From NCBI GenBank assembly GCA_028534125.1, contig CM052816.1:56732001-56796000 (forward strand): a stretch of 64,000 bases of DNA, read 5' to 3'. This document shows, piece after piece, positions 14,470 through 27,320 of this stretch (the stretch's first letter is position 1; every line of letters starts with the position of its first letter). The position numbers and the translations under genes were made by a program. The stretch is from Lama glama. Lineage: Eukaryota. The notes beneath the pieces are model-generated. The model was given only the letters and a program-made list of their open reading frames with translations, was not told where the DNA came from and did not search any database.

Positions 14470-15140
14470 CACTACATCTGAGTAAGACAAGGATGCTTAT
14501 TATGGCCACTATTATTTAATACATTTCAGAAGTTGTAGCCAAAGCAGTAAGCCAAGATGAAACTGATGTCATTACTGAAGAATAGCCATAATATTAATAC
14601 TTTCAAATTTTTACTTTCTACCTGGAATACTCTAAAGAATCAAAAGAAAAACTATTAAAACAAACAAAAAGCAAAATTCAATCAGTTGGCCAGTTAAAAA
14701 TATATTTTAAAAAATCAATACCTTTTTTCATACCAGAAACCAACATTGGGGAAATATAATGAAAAAAACAATATCTCAGGAATAAACTTACCAAAAACAA
14801 AATACATATATACATAGTACCTATATGAAGATAATTACAAAGCTTTCCAGTAGAACATAAAATAACTAATATATTCTCAGAGAAGAGAACTAATTATTGC
14901 AAAAGTGCCAATTCTCCTCAGTTTAATTCATAAATACAATAATATTTTAATTTAACTGTCTTAGTAGAAGGTAAGAGACTGGTCAGAGTGATTCAAAAGT
15001 TCTTATGAAAGAACCTATAGATAAGCATAGAAAAATAATAAGAGGAGATTAGCACTGTCATGTTCAAGAGTAATTCAAACCTTTAATAACTAAGACCATG
15101 GTGCTATAATAAGAATAGGCAGATGATCATAGAACACAAA
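14470..15140 (+). mobile_element. Highly degraded L1 ORF2 fragment
   Basis: aagacaaggatgc...ccactattatttaatac...gtagccaaagcagtaagccaaga and aggaataaacttaccaaaa, typical of L1 RT-region fossils. Confidence 0.6.
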
Positions 15141-15299
15141 ACAAGTCTCGATGCAATCAAAGCATTACTAAGAAAACATCAAATGCAGCACGACTGCATC
15201 TTTTTCTGAGGAAAACTTAAAATCAGACTTTATTTTCTTTTAATATTCAACAGATACAAGATACGAAGTAGGAACGGCGAATACACCAGTGTGGGGGAA

Positions 15300-15370
15300 A
15301 GTATACGTACGACTGAATCACTTGGAAATGAGCACAATGTTGTAAATCAACTATACTTCAAGTAAAAACT
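15300..15370 (+). mobile_element. Short L1 3' terminus
   Basis: gactgaatcactt...ttgtaaatcaactatacttcaa, same terminus as the copy at 54292-54529. Confidence 0.6.
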
Positions 15371-16088
15371 TTTTAAAAAGGGTTTTCTATAAATTTGTCT
15401 ACACACGTTGCTTTCATATCATCTTAAAATATTTTTAACTCATAAATTAAGCAACTGGATGTATTCAGCCTTTCTTGTCCATGACCTAAGGGGAGCCCTA
15501 CAGTCCTAACTGTTATGATGTCTGTCTTTCCCAGACAGTGGACCGTCTGAGGGTAGACTCTGGGGCCCACCTGCCTCCGTGTGCTCAGTTCTCAGCACAG
15601 TGCCTGGCCCAGGGAGGCCCCTCAGGACATGTTAGCTGGATGAACCAACAAAACAGTGAAGGGGCATATGAACTATTTAACTGCCCCAAAGGCCTAAGGC
15701 CACATGTGGAAGTGAAACAAGTTTAGGTGTGAATTTAAGTTTTCACCAGAAAATGTGAAGTCATGCCACACTCACCTACGAGCTTCACTGTAAACCTCAA
15801 GCCAGATCGTAGTCATCAATATTTTTTAAAGATATGAACTGTTTTATGGCTTCAGAGAAGGATGGTATAAACGTAGTAGTGGTGGTGCCTCGTAATTACA
15901 AAACCAGGTGACGCTCAAAGCATCTAGCTGAGTTACGTTTGGGCGGCGGGGGTGGGAGGGTGGTGTTCTTTTAAGATCATTCACTGCCTCTCAAATGTTC
16001 TAATTTTTAAAGTCTGGGACTCATCAAATAAAGGGAATTGCATGAAGGGAAACATTCACAGGGTCCAAGACTAGAGGAGCATAGTTAC

Positions 16089-16136
16089 CTGAAGGCTGTA
16101 TAAGAGACGGGTTAAATTCTGTATCGCTTGTATAAT
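16089..16136 (-). CDS. ARHGEF28: ARHGEF28 coding exon (~exon 33), 48 nt, IIQAIQNLTRLLYSLQ
   Basis: ctttttccag|ATTATA...CTTCAG|gtaact. Confidence 0.93.
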
Positions 16137-16230
16137 CTGGAAAAGAAGATCATTAGTGTCAAATTCTTGCAAAAGCATTCACTATCCACAAAGAGAGGAC
16201 GGTGACGTATTTAAGGTGTGCAGAGCTTAC

Positions 16231-16269
16231 CTCTGACTGGGAAGAACCTGGGAAACTTCTATATTCCAC
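16231..16269 (-). CDS. ARHGEF28: ARHGEF28 coding exon (~exon 32), 39 nt, VEYRSFPGSSQSE
   Basis: gtgttttag|GTGGAA...TCAGAG|gtaagc. Confidence 0.9.
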
Positions 16270-18607
16270 CTAAAACACATAAAAACATACAAAAGTGAAT
16301 ACTCACTCTGCTTTTGAAAAGCTGCACTGCAGTGTTCCACAATGCACGACCTCAGGGCGGTCACTTGACCCTCTCTAAACTCTCCCACAGTGGCTGTTCC
16401 CTCCCAGAAATCAAAGCCCACAGAGTTGAACACCACTTGATGCGCGTTCCCTCTGTGGCAACTTGGTACGTGAGATGCATGGCCACTTTCCACCCAAGCA
16501 CCCTTAAAGCAACTAGGGAAGATGGCGAGGATGCACTGCAAACTCTAAGTGACAATACTGACCTCGTGCCAACCACGCTGTAAATGGCACTCCTTGTGCC
16601 CAGGGGGAAGCTGTCTCCCAGGCCAGGCTGGCCCTTGCTCCCTGGAGGCCAGATTTGGGAACTACAGACTGTCTGCCTGGTCTCTAACTCACTTTGAGAT
16701 TTATGAAGCCAAAACAGCAAGGGGTTAGGAGAAGAAACCAGACCCAGAGCAGGCCCTACATGGGACCCTTAGCTGGCCAGCTCCAGGCCCTACTGCTCAG
16801 AGCTCACTGGGCCCAGGCATGGCCGCCTTGGTAGAAGCACTGTCAGCAGAGGCCATGAATGAGGCTACACGAGACCCTCTGCTCCTGGGGGAAGGCACCC
16901 CCTGCCTCACTCATGGTCTCTCCACTGCACACATTAAGGACACATGTAGACAGTGAGGGTTTCCAGTTTCCAGAATTCAACATTTGTCCATACACATATT
17001 GTCTCTTTTCTCTCCTTGGGATGTAAGCCAACGAGTGGCAAGATTTCACCTGTGTACTCAGTGCTATATCTGCAAACCTCAGAATGCTGCCTGGCACGTA
17101 ATGGGCGCGCACACCCCTTTCTGTACAATGAGCACCCACCGCGTCCTCCACACCTCATGTGATGGGGCCACCTGACTCCCTGCCCTCCGAGAGTCTCAGT
17201 CTCGTGTGCACTGCTTGTGGCCTTGTCTGAGCAGCTTTAAATTGAAACCACAAGAAACAGTTCTCAGATAACTTCAGACATCGTTACATTCAGTTAGTTT
17301 GGGCTCATGGTGCTATGACGCACTAGCCAGGCCTTTTCTTCCCGCCCCCTCGCTCTTCCCCATCCTGCCAAGAGGGCAGCACCTCCAACAGGGGAAGGAC
17401 AAATGATGGGAAAGGAGATAAAGTTTAGTCATTACATCTGTGCCCAACCCCCTGGAAGACACGAAGGCTAAAGACCCCCGTTCTGGAGTAATTCTGGAGT
17501 TCTCTCTGCTCTTCTGGTTCTGTCCTTTTGTAATAAGAAGATCATATGGGATAGAATTTCTAAATTCTATAAAAATTAGAAACACAGAAATGAGCTGGAT
17601 TATGCCGCTTGCAGTTACTTACTCCCGAGAACCACTAGGCTTGCAGCAAGACGGGAATCTTGAAGGAAGTCTTTCTAACGGAGCCGGCCCACCACCTTGT
17701 GGTGAATGTGCGCAGCTGCAGTTAGCGATTTACACACGGGATTTGCCATTTGGGTTACAAATTCAGATTTTTGAAAAATTCTGCCAGAAGTGCTTTTCTT
17801 TTTAACCTTGCCATATTAAGAAACAGAATTACAAAATATTCATCACATGCTTTTTTTAAAGTTTGATTTCCAATGACTCTGCCCTACGTATCAGTTCATT
17901 TTGCTTCCCAAAATGCCTTATGAATGGCAAAATTTTCCAGGTAGGCTCATCCAAAGAGGAACCTGGACACCTCATCCCTCACCTGTGACTGAATCAGGGA
18001 AGGGAAGGATGGGAGGGGTGAAGCCCCCCGAGCTTTCCACTCAAGAGAACACTGTTCTAACCAGCCCTGCTCTGCTTCCGTCCTCTAATAACATAGAAGC
18101 AGTTGGAACCACAGTCTTAAAAGTGAGGTCTGCACTGAAAAGGATGGACGAGCAGGAACATTTTCAGAAGAAAATAGGTTTGAAAGCTTACAGTCAAAGT
18201 AAGTGGAGCAGAATACTGCATGCATTCCTTTCTTAATTTTGGCCTATGATGTTAAAAAAAAGCATAGCCATATTTTCTATGGATTTTAAAATATCTTTGG
18301 ATTTGGCTTCTCAATCATATGTAATATATACAAAAATACAATATTCAAAATGTTCCACATATCAGGATCTGACGATGTCATTTTACTGTGTTAACACATA
18401 TTGGTACCTGTAATGTGGCTACTTTGATTTTAGATAAAGCTAAACTCTTGAGCCCCAGACAATCCTGGAGAGGCCCACTGGCCACCTCCCAGAATCATAT
18501 TCTTATTCTGTCTCTCTCTGACATCTCAGTTCCATTAGAAGTTAATAGGAAATTTCACACATTTAATTTTTATAACAGTGTGTTATAACCTATGTGTATA
18601 GTACATC

Positions 18608-18694
<87 letters not shown>

Positions 18695-18855
18695 AAAGAA
18701 AAGAAAAGAAAAGGAAAGAAAAGGAAAGAAAAGGAAAGAAAAGGAAAGGAAAGGAAAGAAAAGAAAAGAAAAGAAAAGAAAAGAAAAGAAAAGAAAAGAA
18801 AAGAAAGACAGACAGGGAGGGAGGAAGGAAGGGAAGGAAGGGAAGGAAGAAAGAG
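18608..18855 (+). repeat. Compound polypurine microsatellite (GAAA)n-(GAAAA)n-(GGAA)n
   Basis: About 248 bp of purines with only two C interruptions. Confidence 0.98.
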
Positions 18856-19420
18856 CGAGCGGGCATTTGGAACTACTTTGCCCCAGGTAAAAATTGGTTA
18901 GGTTGGTTACAAGTCTATCACCAAAAAAGGTAGGTGACAATTGGGGCGGGGACAGGAAAACAATCAGAAAGGAGAGGAAAGTAAAAGAAAGGGAAGGCAG
19001 CCAGAACAGTCCAAACTCAAAATGATTTCCGCCACTTTAGCACCATCTGGTTGCACAAGGGCTTGGGTGCCCAGGACCACCCCTCAGCCAAGAGACGCTG
19101 GATGTAGCGGGTGAGAAGCTGGAGGCTGGCAGGGCGGAAGTGAGACCAGAAGCAAGAGCGCAGACACACAGATAAACGTTTGAGTTTTAAATCTTTTTAA
19201 TAACTTTTCATTTGTTCTTTGTTTACACCTACATGACATCAGAAAAGCAAGAACATTTTAAGAAGAAAAAAGTCAGAAAGTTTAAGAATGAATACTGAAA
19301 TTGAGGACAATTCAGGAAAACACTTGCGTGCTATTCACTGCCATGGACAGACCAGAACCCGAGGTTGTTTTATGACACAAAGCAACCCGTGCTGTTTACT
19401 AACAAATCAGTTCACAATAC

Positions 19421-19521
19421 CTTCTCCCCTGCATCAGGGACTGCCAGGTCGGCTCCCACACCCTGGGTCCCAGGATCCACATCCCAACAGCCTCTTCCTC
19501 CTGTCCCTTCTGTGACTAGTG
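19421..19521 (-). CDS. ARHGEF28: ARHGEF28 coding exon (~exon 31), 101 nt, LVTEGTGGRGCWDVDPGTQGVGADLAVPDAGEK
   Basis: gcttccag|CACTAG...GAGAAG|gtattg; phase 1 to 0. Confidence 0.9.
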
Positions 19522-21454
19522 CTGGAAGCACACCATTGAGACAGAAACAAAAAGGACATCATCAAACAGCAGCCAGCGGACTGGGTTCTTCTGTGTACAG
19601 CTGACACATATTCCAAAACAAGACAATCACAAAATCACACATAGCGAATATTCTTACACGAGGTGCGACAGCGGTACAGAGCCAAGTGCAGGGTCCCTGC
19701 CCTCAGGGAGCTTACACGCTAGCAGATGCCAAACTGATGAACAGCCTGCACTGTCACTCATCTTTTTCTTTTCTTTCTTTCTACCGGAGGGATGTCTGTG
19801 TGATGTCTGTGGTACCAAGAGGGTAGGATCTGGCGTCTCATTTTCACCTAATGGGAAGACCTGCCTGCAAATGGTAAAATTAAAAACAGGCACCACAGAA
19901 GAAAAGCAAGGGCTGGCAGACTGGCTAGGGAGACTGGTCTGGGAAAGGCTCCCTCCTGGCCAGTACAAGAGCGGCAGACCATAAACAAGGTTAGCAAGGA
20001 GGAGGAGTCCAGTGGCAAGAATGAAACCTCTTTCTAAGCAGGTGAAGATGCCAGTACTCTATGAGCTCAGTCATACAGACTGAGAAGTTGTCATGACCTC
20101 CAAGTAATTCATTTTTTGAAATAATTTCCAAGTGTGTTTTTTCCCTTACAGTTCTTGCTTATGCTCTAAATTCACCAATACCATAAATACTGTGTATTTA
20201 ATACATGAAAACACAGAAATATTTCTAGTCCAGAAATATGTTTTAAGTATCAAATATAGATTTTCACTCCACCCATTAAATCTCTGTCAGTGGGATTTTG
20301 TTTATTTCTTTACCCACGTGAACTCAGTTAAAACTTACATCACGCTCACTGTGCATGGATTAAAACAAGACTTTCCAAAGCCCTTTCTTTATTCATTGGA
20401 ACCAGGTCCAATCAGGACCCTGGTGAAACAGATACTCACTTCATGACACTTTCTAATTTTTTTTTCCCAGTGCTATCTTGAGACTTTATTTCTGACGAAG
20501 GAAATACTTTTTCTTTATTTAAATTAATTAGAAAACACTTAGGTCTAGGGGAAAAGACAGTCTTCGAAGATTCCAAAGGTCTCTTTTATTGCAAAGATGC
20601 TTTTGTTTAAGCCAAAACTGCTTCAAATTACATGAGCTAAAAATTAAATTTATTTTGCCCAAGCTAGTCAATGCTTTTTCACGACAGAGAAGGAAGATCT
20701 CACAGACTTTTCTGTCACTCAAAAAAATTGTTTCACTCTTGGGTACTATTCTTAATTCTTAGAGAGATGCCAAAAGTGTTACTAAAGAATTAGCCAATCT
20801 TGCTTCCCTTCATAGATACGAGGACCATCAGACGGGGAAGGGAGCTGATGGTGAGCCGGATGAAGGCAGAAGGATGGCAAGCCTCAGGTCCCTCTGCTCC
20901 TATATCCTATTTCAGAGTCAACAAGAGGGTGTCCATAATTTTACAGGAAGTAGATTATATCCATCCACCTGATTAGGTATATTGAGGACTAAAAATAGGG
21001 GGCTTGACTTGGTCTACAGCCTCAGACTGACATGTGACTAACGTGGAAGGATCCAGTCCTCAAAGTCGATCATGGAACTGACCCATTCAGTGACAGACCC
21101 TCATTTAGGATAGTGCTTTTCACCCTTATCAATGTTATAAAGAGAACCAAACTTGCAGCACCGTGTTCCAATGCAGCCCAGCCCAAGACTAAAGCAGTCC
21201 AAACCCTACCAACCTGCCCCTCCCCTACATGAACCCACTGGAAAGAGCCTCTCAATGGTTCTAGCAGATGTCATGGGAGATGTGGGTACAGACAGGGAGA
21301 GCCCTGGTGGCGTGGTCTGAGGGGAGGGTGGGTGCGGCCCCGAGCAGCTGCAGGAGCCGAGCGGAGCCTCTCCCGCTGTCCCTGGGGTGAGGCTGAGAGC
21401 AGCAGATCTCTACGTGTATTTTTAGAGAGAACTTCCTCAATGGCATAATGAGGT

Positions 21455-21954
21455 NNNNNNNNNNNNNNNNNNNNNNNNNNNNNNNNNNNNNNNNNNNNNN
21501 NNNNNNNNNNNNNNNNNNNNNNNNNNNNNNNNNNNNNNNNNNNNNNNNNNNNNNNNNNNNNNNNNNNNNNNNNNNNNNNNNNNNNNNNNNNNNNNNNNNN
21601 NNNNNNNNNNNNNNNNNNNNNNNNNNNNNNNNNNNNNNNNNNNNNNNNNNNNNNNNNNNNNNNNNNNNNNNNNNNNNNNNNNNNNNNNNNNNNNNNNNNN
21701 NNNNNNNNNNNNNNNNNNNNNNNNNNNNNNNNNNNNNNNNNNNNNNNNNNNNNNNNNNNNNNNNNNNNNNNNNNNNNNNNNNNNNNNNNNNNNNNNNNNN
21801 NNNNNNNNNNNNNNNNNNNNNNNNNNNNNNNNNNNNNNNNNNNNNNNNNNNNNNNNNNNNNNNNNNNNNNNNNNNNNNNNNNNNNNNNNNNNNNNNNNNN
21901 NNNNNNNNNNNNNNNNNNNNNNNNNNNNNNNNNNNNNNNNNNNNNNNNNNNNNN
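21455..21954. other. Assembly gap (500 N)
   Basis: Run of exactly 500 N. Confidence 0.99.
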
Positions 21955-22413
21955 TGATTTTACTCTGCATATTTATGCGTTGAATCACCCAGCACTAGAG
22001 GTGCCGTTCAGAGTTCATTTCTCGCCTTGATGGTCTGAGCCCCAGGCTGGCTTGGCACACAACAGACTCTGGGTGTTTCGGCATACCGCCTCATTTTCAA
22101 CACACCACATCTGCCAGAATAATATTTCCGTGCCAACAATGAGCAGAGTTCTCGGTTCCTTTGATTCAAACATCGCAGGCACACAACGCATAGGAAGCCT
22201 TCTGCTCAGGGTAGCAAACCCCCTGCAGAGGTTTGTAGCTGGGCCACCTCTGTCTACTGAAGTTCCCAACTCAATCCTACAGGAACCTTTCCTCTCACCC
22301 AGGTCTGCGTGTGTGCCTGCATCGCTGAACACTTATCTCCTGAAAATCAGTCCTCTGTTAAGTGAATAACATGCGTGAAAGAGGGAGAAACTGGTCTGTG
22401 AGAGCCACGGTAC

Positions 22414-22668
22414 CTTTGAAACGACCCGTAGCCGTTTTCCAATAAACAAGGCCGTCATACAGCAGGGTCCTCTCTTTACTCATCAGCGTCTGCTTCCTAA
22501 ACACATGGCCATTCTTGAGCTTGGTGTATGTCTTGTTTTCGATCTTACTTAGGATCTCAAGCCATTTTTGTTTTTTCTCATATTCGCTGACTTTTAAATC
22601 CACGGCTGCAATCATGTCTTTAATTAAGCCAAGAGCTTTGCATAAGTCTTTATGTTCTTCAGTGTTCT
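22414..22668 (-). CDS. ARHGEF28: ARHGEF28 coding exon (~exon 25), 255 nt, end of DH and start of PH domain
   Basis: cccacacag|AGAACACT...TTCAAAG|gtaccg; ENTEEHKDLCKAL...LLYDGLVYWKTATGRFK. Confidence 0.96.
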
Positions 22669-23944
22669 CTGTGTGGGAAAAAGAACAAACACTATGCAAA
22701 CAACCAGAGTGCTAAGGAAGACACTTTTCCTGTAGTTTTAACTACAGTTAAATATATCATCCAAATTGCAGAAATCCCACAACAAAAATACTGGATTAAG
22801 TTCAAATAGTCTGTTATCACTCTGAACCCCTCCTTCCCAAAAGGATGGTTGAAAATGTAATAATTAAGGAGATTTACTTATGCGATGCTTCCACTGAAAC
22901 ACTATAACAGTGCAATGTCTGAGTTCTAGACACCTGTCTGACCTTCTTCCCTAGAGCAGGGAATGTGTTACAACCCAGGTTAGACCTTCCTTCCACCTTC
23001 CAGAGACAAGTAATCAAGTAACCCCCACACCAAGTTTCTTAGAACTTACCTGAGCTGGAGTCCTTTCACAAAAGGCAGTTGCAGGGTGATGTGAACAGGC
23101 CCCAGGCTCACTTGCCTTTCTAGAGTCCTCGCTCCATAAAAACTAATACTCAAAATTATATTTTACCATTGCATTAGCATAAAGATAAATATTTTAATAA
23201 TAGATAGTAAAACATTTTTTTCACCCTAAAAAAATGGGACCAAGCTACTGTGCTGAGTCAGCCACACTCATGCCAACAGGGTAGATCATCGATTCCAGCT
23301 CTTATTCTTTAAAATACTGGCCATTTCTCTTCTCTCTAGATTAGCTTAAGGAAAATTTTGGAGGAGTTTCTGGAAACAGCCTCCTGGAGCTCCAGATGAA
23401 ACTAAATTTAGCTATTGTCTATGTCTGATTGAAAAAAAAACTAGTTGATGTTTATTGAGATGAATGGAACTGAAAGGGAGAGTTTCAGAAGGTTAGAAAA
23501 CGCTAGGAGAGAAGAAAAGAAAAACAGCAGAGAAAACAAAAGATTCTCTAGAGCCTAGAGCAGCAGAAATAAACACGCAGAAACAGCAGTGAAATGGAGT
23601 AAGAACAAGTCCTCCAAAGGGTCTAACGCCTGGGCTTAAATGTATTAAATAGACACTCGAGGGCTTTGTCAGAAAGCCAAGGAACAGATGGGGATGCCCA
23701 TGGTTAACAAGGAAGACGTCCTCACTGCCCGTGGAAGAATGTCCTGCCCTCCCTTCACTACTTCACCCACCTGCCGCCCAACCAAGCAGCACCCCTGCCT
23801 TCAAGAACAGTTTCTCCTTCTAAAGAGCCTATTTCATGTATAGGAAAGCTGAGTAGAGAAAATCAAAGGTGAGTTACCAGCTGACTTAAACTAAGACCAA
23901 GAAAAGGCTCAAGTCTTGTGACCTTCGGGGAAAAACAACTGTTT

Positions 23945-24100
23945 TGTAACAGCGTGCAGCTCCCAGGGCAGCAGCGTGGGGTCACCTGGGAGTCCTGTTA
24001 GAAACGCTTACCTGGGGTTCTACCCCAGACCCACTGAGTCGAAGTCTGCCTGTAGACAAGATCCCCAGGCGAAGGGTATTCCTAATAAAGTTCAGAAAGC
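23945..24100. mobile_element. hAT-Charlie fossil (MER5A-like)
   Basis: tcacctgggagtcctgttagaaa...ccccagacccactgagtc...acaagatccccagg...aaagttcagaa. Confidence 0.65.
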
Positions 24101-24714
24101 GTGGCCATAATAGAGCCATGGAGCCAATGTTCCCAGAAGCCAGAGAGACAGCTGGTTGGAAAGGTCTGACCTCACTAAGGAGGCAGGGTCCATTCAGACA
24201 CTCTGACGGCTATGCCCGAGGAGCCACAAGTCACACTTCATCGGTGCCACACAGCGGGCAATCCCTACTATGCACTCCACCTGGAATTCGGCGTGGGGTG
24301 ACTCAACGGAGCACAAGCTGACCTAACACAATCGGACCAAAGTTAGTCTCTGAGGTATCGTATTAAACTTAATCTCAATGCAAACTGCAAGTCTTAATTT
24401 TGCTTTCATTCTTTTACTGAGAACAAAATTATGAGGCTTTTCTCTTTACATAGTGCTTATATTTTCTTTTATGTTAAATTATAGGAAGCAGTACAAATGG
24501 GACGTAAGGAATAGACGCTACTGTTCCTGCCTGAACTTAAGTCCTAATGTGACTAAAAACATGGACAGACTATATCATGCATTTCTCCTCACCTAGACCG
24601 CTTCCAAAAAAAAAATGATGTTAGAAGTTGACTTTTTTAGAGTGGGCTCTTAAAATCTCATTACCATGTTCAAGATGTCCAAATCAAAGGATCAGAATAA
24701 AGATAATAAAAACA

Positions 24715-24900
24715 GCTTCCACTTATCAAGCACTTTGTTTATAACCAGGCTGTGTATTGGGCAATTTCTGAGATAATCTCATTTAATCTTCACAACAATT
24801 CCGTAAGATGAGGATTATTCTCATTTGTAGTGGAGAAAATTGAGGTTCATTTCATTAACTTGCCCAACAAATGAGTGGCAGAGCCAAGTATCTGCAATGG
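24715..24900 (-). mobile_element. MIR SINE
   Basis: atctcatttaatcttcacaacaa...gaaaattgaggt...taacttgcccaa. Confidence 0.75.
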
Positions 24901-25586
24901 CAAAGCAAGTGCACAGGATGCCACACCCAAGCCCCTGTTAACACAGCACATGACCACCCTAGTAATTTACTCAAGATCAGTACACTAGCTTGAGGAATAG
25001 GCATTTTCACCCATCCATTCATTGCACTGTTATATTTTTTTATTGAGAGCCTATTGTGTACCAGCCACCGCACCAGGCACTGCATCTAGACCCACAAGGA
25101 GCATACAGTCCAGCCACGTGCATTAACAGCTTCTTAAAGTGTACCCAGATGTTGGTTCCTGAGCTGGATGAATTGTCAGGGTCAAAAAAGGCTCCTTTAG
25201 GAAGCATTCTCAGTCTAAGAATTCACTGCTTGGGAGAGGTGAAGCTCGATCGCACGTTTCATCAGACTGCTGGGAAGGTAACAGCAAGATGAAGAAGTAG
25301 AGGTATGAAGGACTGGGTGTGGGAAAAGCAGAAGGGAAGGGCGGGGTCAAAGTATGAGGAAGCCTTCTTGGTTTGGGCTGCTTGGAGGAATGCAGACTAC
25401 TGGCCAAGCCACATTATGAAAGACAATTTTTCAAAATGGATCTGAATCCTAAGGCTTTACCGTTTTTCCATAATGAAAAATCTTTATGAATCAGAGGCCA
25501 CAATCATTTATAGCTGTTTACAACAGCTCAGTTACGTTGAAAACTAATGGAAGAGGCAAATGTTTGTCCCAGAAGTCATCACTCAC

Positions 25587-25704
25587 CCTTACTGTACTGC
25601 AATATCCTTTCCACCAAGACAGGGTATTTTGTGATGCGCTGAGTGACCAGCAGAATGCATTCTGGAATTCCTCGCCTTCGAGCCAAAAGATTACTGTTTC
25701 GGAG
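25587..25704 (-). CDS. ARHGEF28: ARHGEF28 coding exon (~exon 24), 118 nt, [39 protein letters not shown]
   Basis: attttaag|CTCCGA...AAGG|gtgagt; DH CR3 motif QRITKYP. Confidence 0.96.
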
Positions 25705-26269
25705 CTTAAAATATACAAAAATATATAGTTTTTTTTAATATATGTAAACTCTACCTGTATTTTCTTTTTAGGTAGGAATTGAATAATACAGAGAATCTAC
25801 AACAGTATAATTCTATTCAGATATAACATGTATTATCATTAATTAAAATTTGATATATTATCACTAAATTGTACACTTTGTCATTAATTTCAATAACCCA
25901 ACTCCCCAAGATTGAGAAGTTTCAAGCTACTCTGATGTATCTATGTATTTAATTCCAAAAATGAGCAAAATTTAATACTTGTAAGTGCTAAGATTCATGA
26001 AAAGCAAACGTTTTGAAAAATACTCAGAAATCAAAGTCAGATTTTGAACATGAGTGTGCAATTAACTATTTATTTTTCCAATAGATTTTTCTCTACATTT
26101 CTTATTATTCATCATAGCACTTAAAATTTCCTCTACACAGGACAGTATTTTTCTAAAAATCTCAAAATATTCTTTGCAAGTTCTCAATACACACATATGT
26201 TAAAAAAGAAAAAAAAAGGAGGTAGCATTCTTAAAATGGTAGATAAAAACATTAGAATCCATGATATTC

Positions 26270-26570
26270 TAAAGGACAAGTTTCTTCAACAAGTAAGTTG
26301 CCCCCCTCCCTAAAAATGGGATGGCAACATTCAATTTAAAGGCAATTTAAAAAGACATACCCCACATACAATACATGAACCCTGGTCAGATCCTGATTTA
26401 AGCAATCCAATTTTATGAGATAACCAGGGAAATGTAAACACTGATGTGCTGTTTGAAGGTATTAAATAATGTATTATTGTTAATATAAGTGTAATAATGC
26501 CATTGTAATTTTTAAAAATGTATGGTTTAGAGATGTAAGTTACATATGAAATGATGTACATCACACATTT
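26270..26570 (+). mobile_element. Ancient L1 (L1ME-like) 3' fragment
   Basis: gaaccctggtcagatcctgattt...agggaaatgtaaacactga...tattaaataa motif order. Confidence 0.5.
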
Positions 26571-26908
26571 GCCTCAAACTCATCTGGTGCGGATAGGGTA
26601 GATTCTTTATTTTTCTCTGGTTCTTCCAATTTGTAACTTGTCAGGGCCTGAAACAGCTTCATCGGATATTACAAAGGTGCCCTTTGGAAGTTTGGAGAAC
26701 GTGACTTCACAAATATAAGATACAAAAGTAAATGATTTTGGAGAAATATTCTACTAGCACAGAAAAAGAGAGTATCTTTGCCATAAAACTATCATTTCCT
26801 TCCTCCCTGAAAAACAGCTTCTAGGTGTGAAACTTGGTTAGATCATGTAAGAAACAAGCAGAAGCCTCATGCAGGCTTACCATTAAAACAGAGTTTTAAA
26901 ATACTTGC

Positions 26909-27031
26909 CTTAATAAAATTCTGAAACTTTTTATTCTGCTGGAGTTCTTTAAAGAGGCTAACAGCCTCTTTGTGGTGGCTACAGAATTCTCCATATATTT
27001 TCTTCATTTTATTTGCATTTTCTTCTGAAAA
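26909..27031 (-). CDS. ARHGEF28: ARHGEF28 coding exon (~exon 23), 123 nt, [17 protein letters not shown]...KKFQNFIK
   Basis: tcttttcag|TTTTCA...ATTAAG|gcaagt (GC donor); DH domain. Confidence 0.93.
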
Positions 27032-27225
27032 CTGAAAAGAATAACATTTCAATGATGGTTTATAAATTTAGTTCTAAACACTAAAAAGAACATACAATTT
27101 TCATATATTTTAATATATTCTTTGCAAGCAAAGAATAAACATCCTGGAATTTCTGACAAAAATCACTTCTCTTCCCTGAAAACTTTTTAAATTAAAATAA
27201 GAGGTAGTAGTCAACAGTTAAGAGG

Positions 27226-27320
27226 GCAGGTGGGTACAGCTCAGTGCATGAGGTCCTGGGTTCAATCCTCAATACCTCCATTAAAAAAAATTAAAAATAA
27301 TAAATACAATTTTTTTAAAA
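27226..27320 (+). mobile_element. tRNA-derived SINE, camelid type, internally deleted
   Basis: gggtacagctcagt/gcatgaggtcctgggttcaatcctcaatacctcc plus A tail; perfect 13-bp TSD aacagttaagagg at 27213-27225 and 27321-27333. Confidence 0.85.

Noticed and set aside
18590..18940. K/E/R-rich and F/L/S-rich ORFs
   Set aside because: Translations of the GAAA microsatellite
21437..21988. Long ORFs full of X (also 37108-37755)
   Set aside because: Artefacts of N gaps
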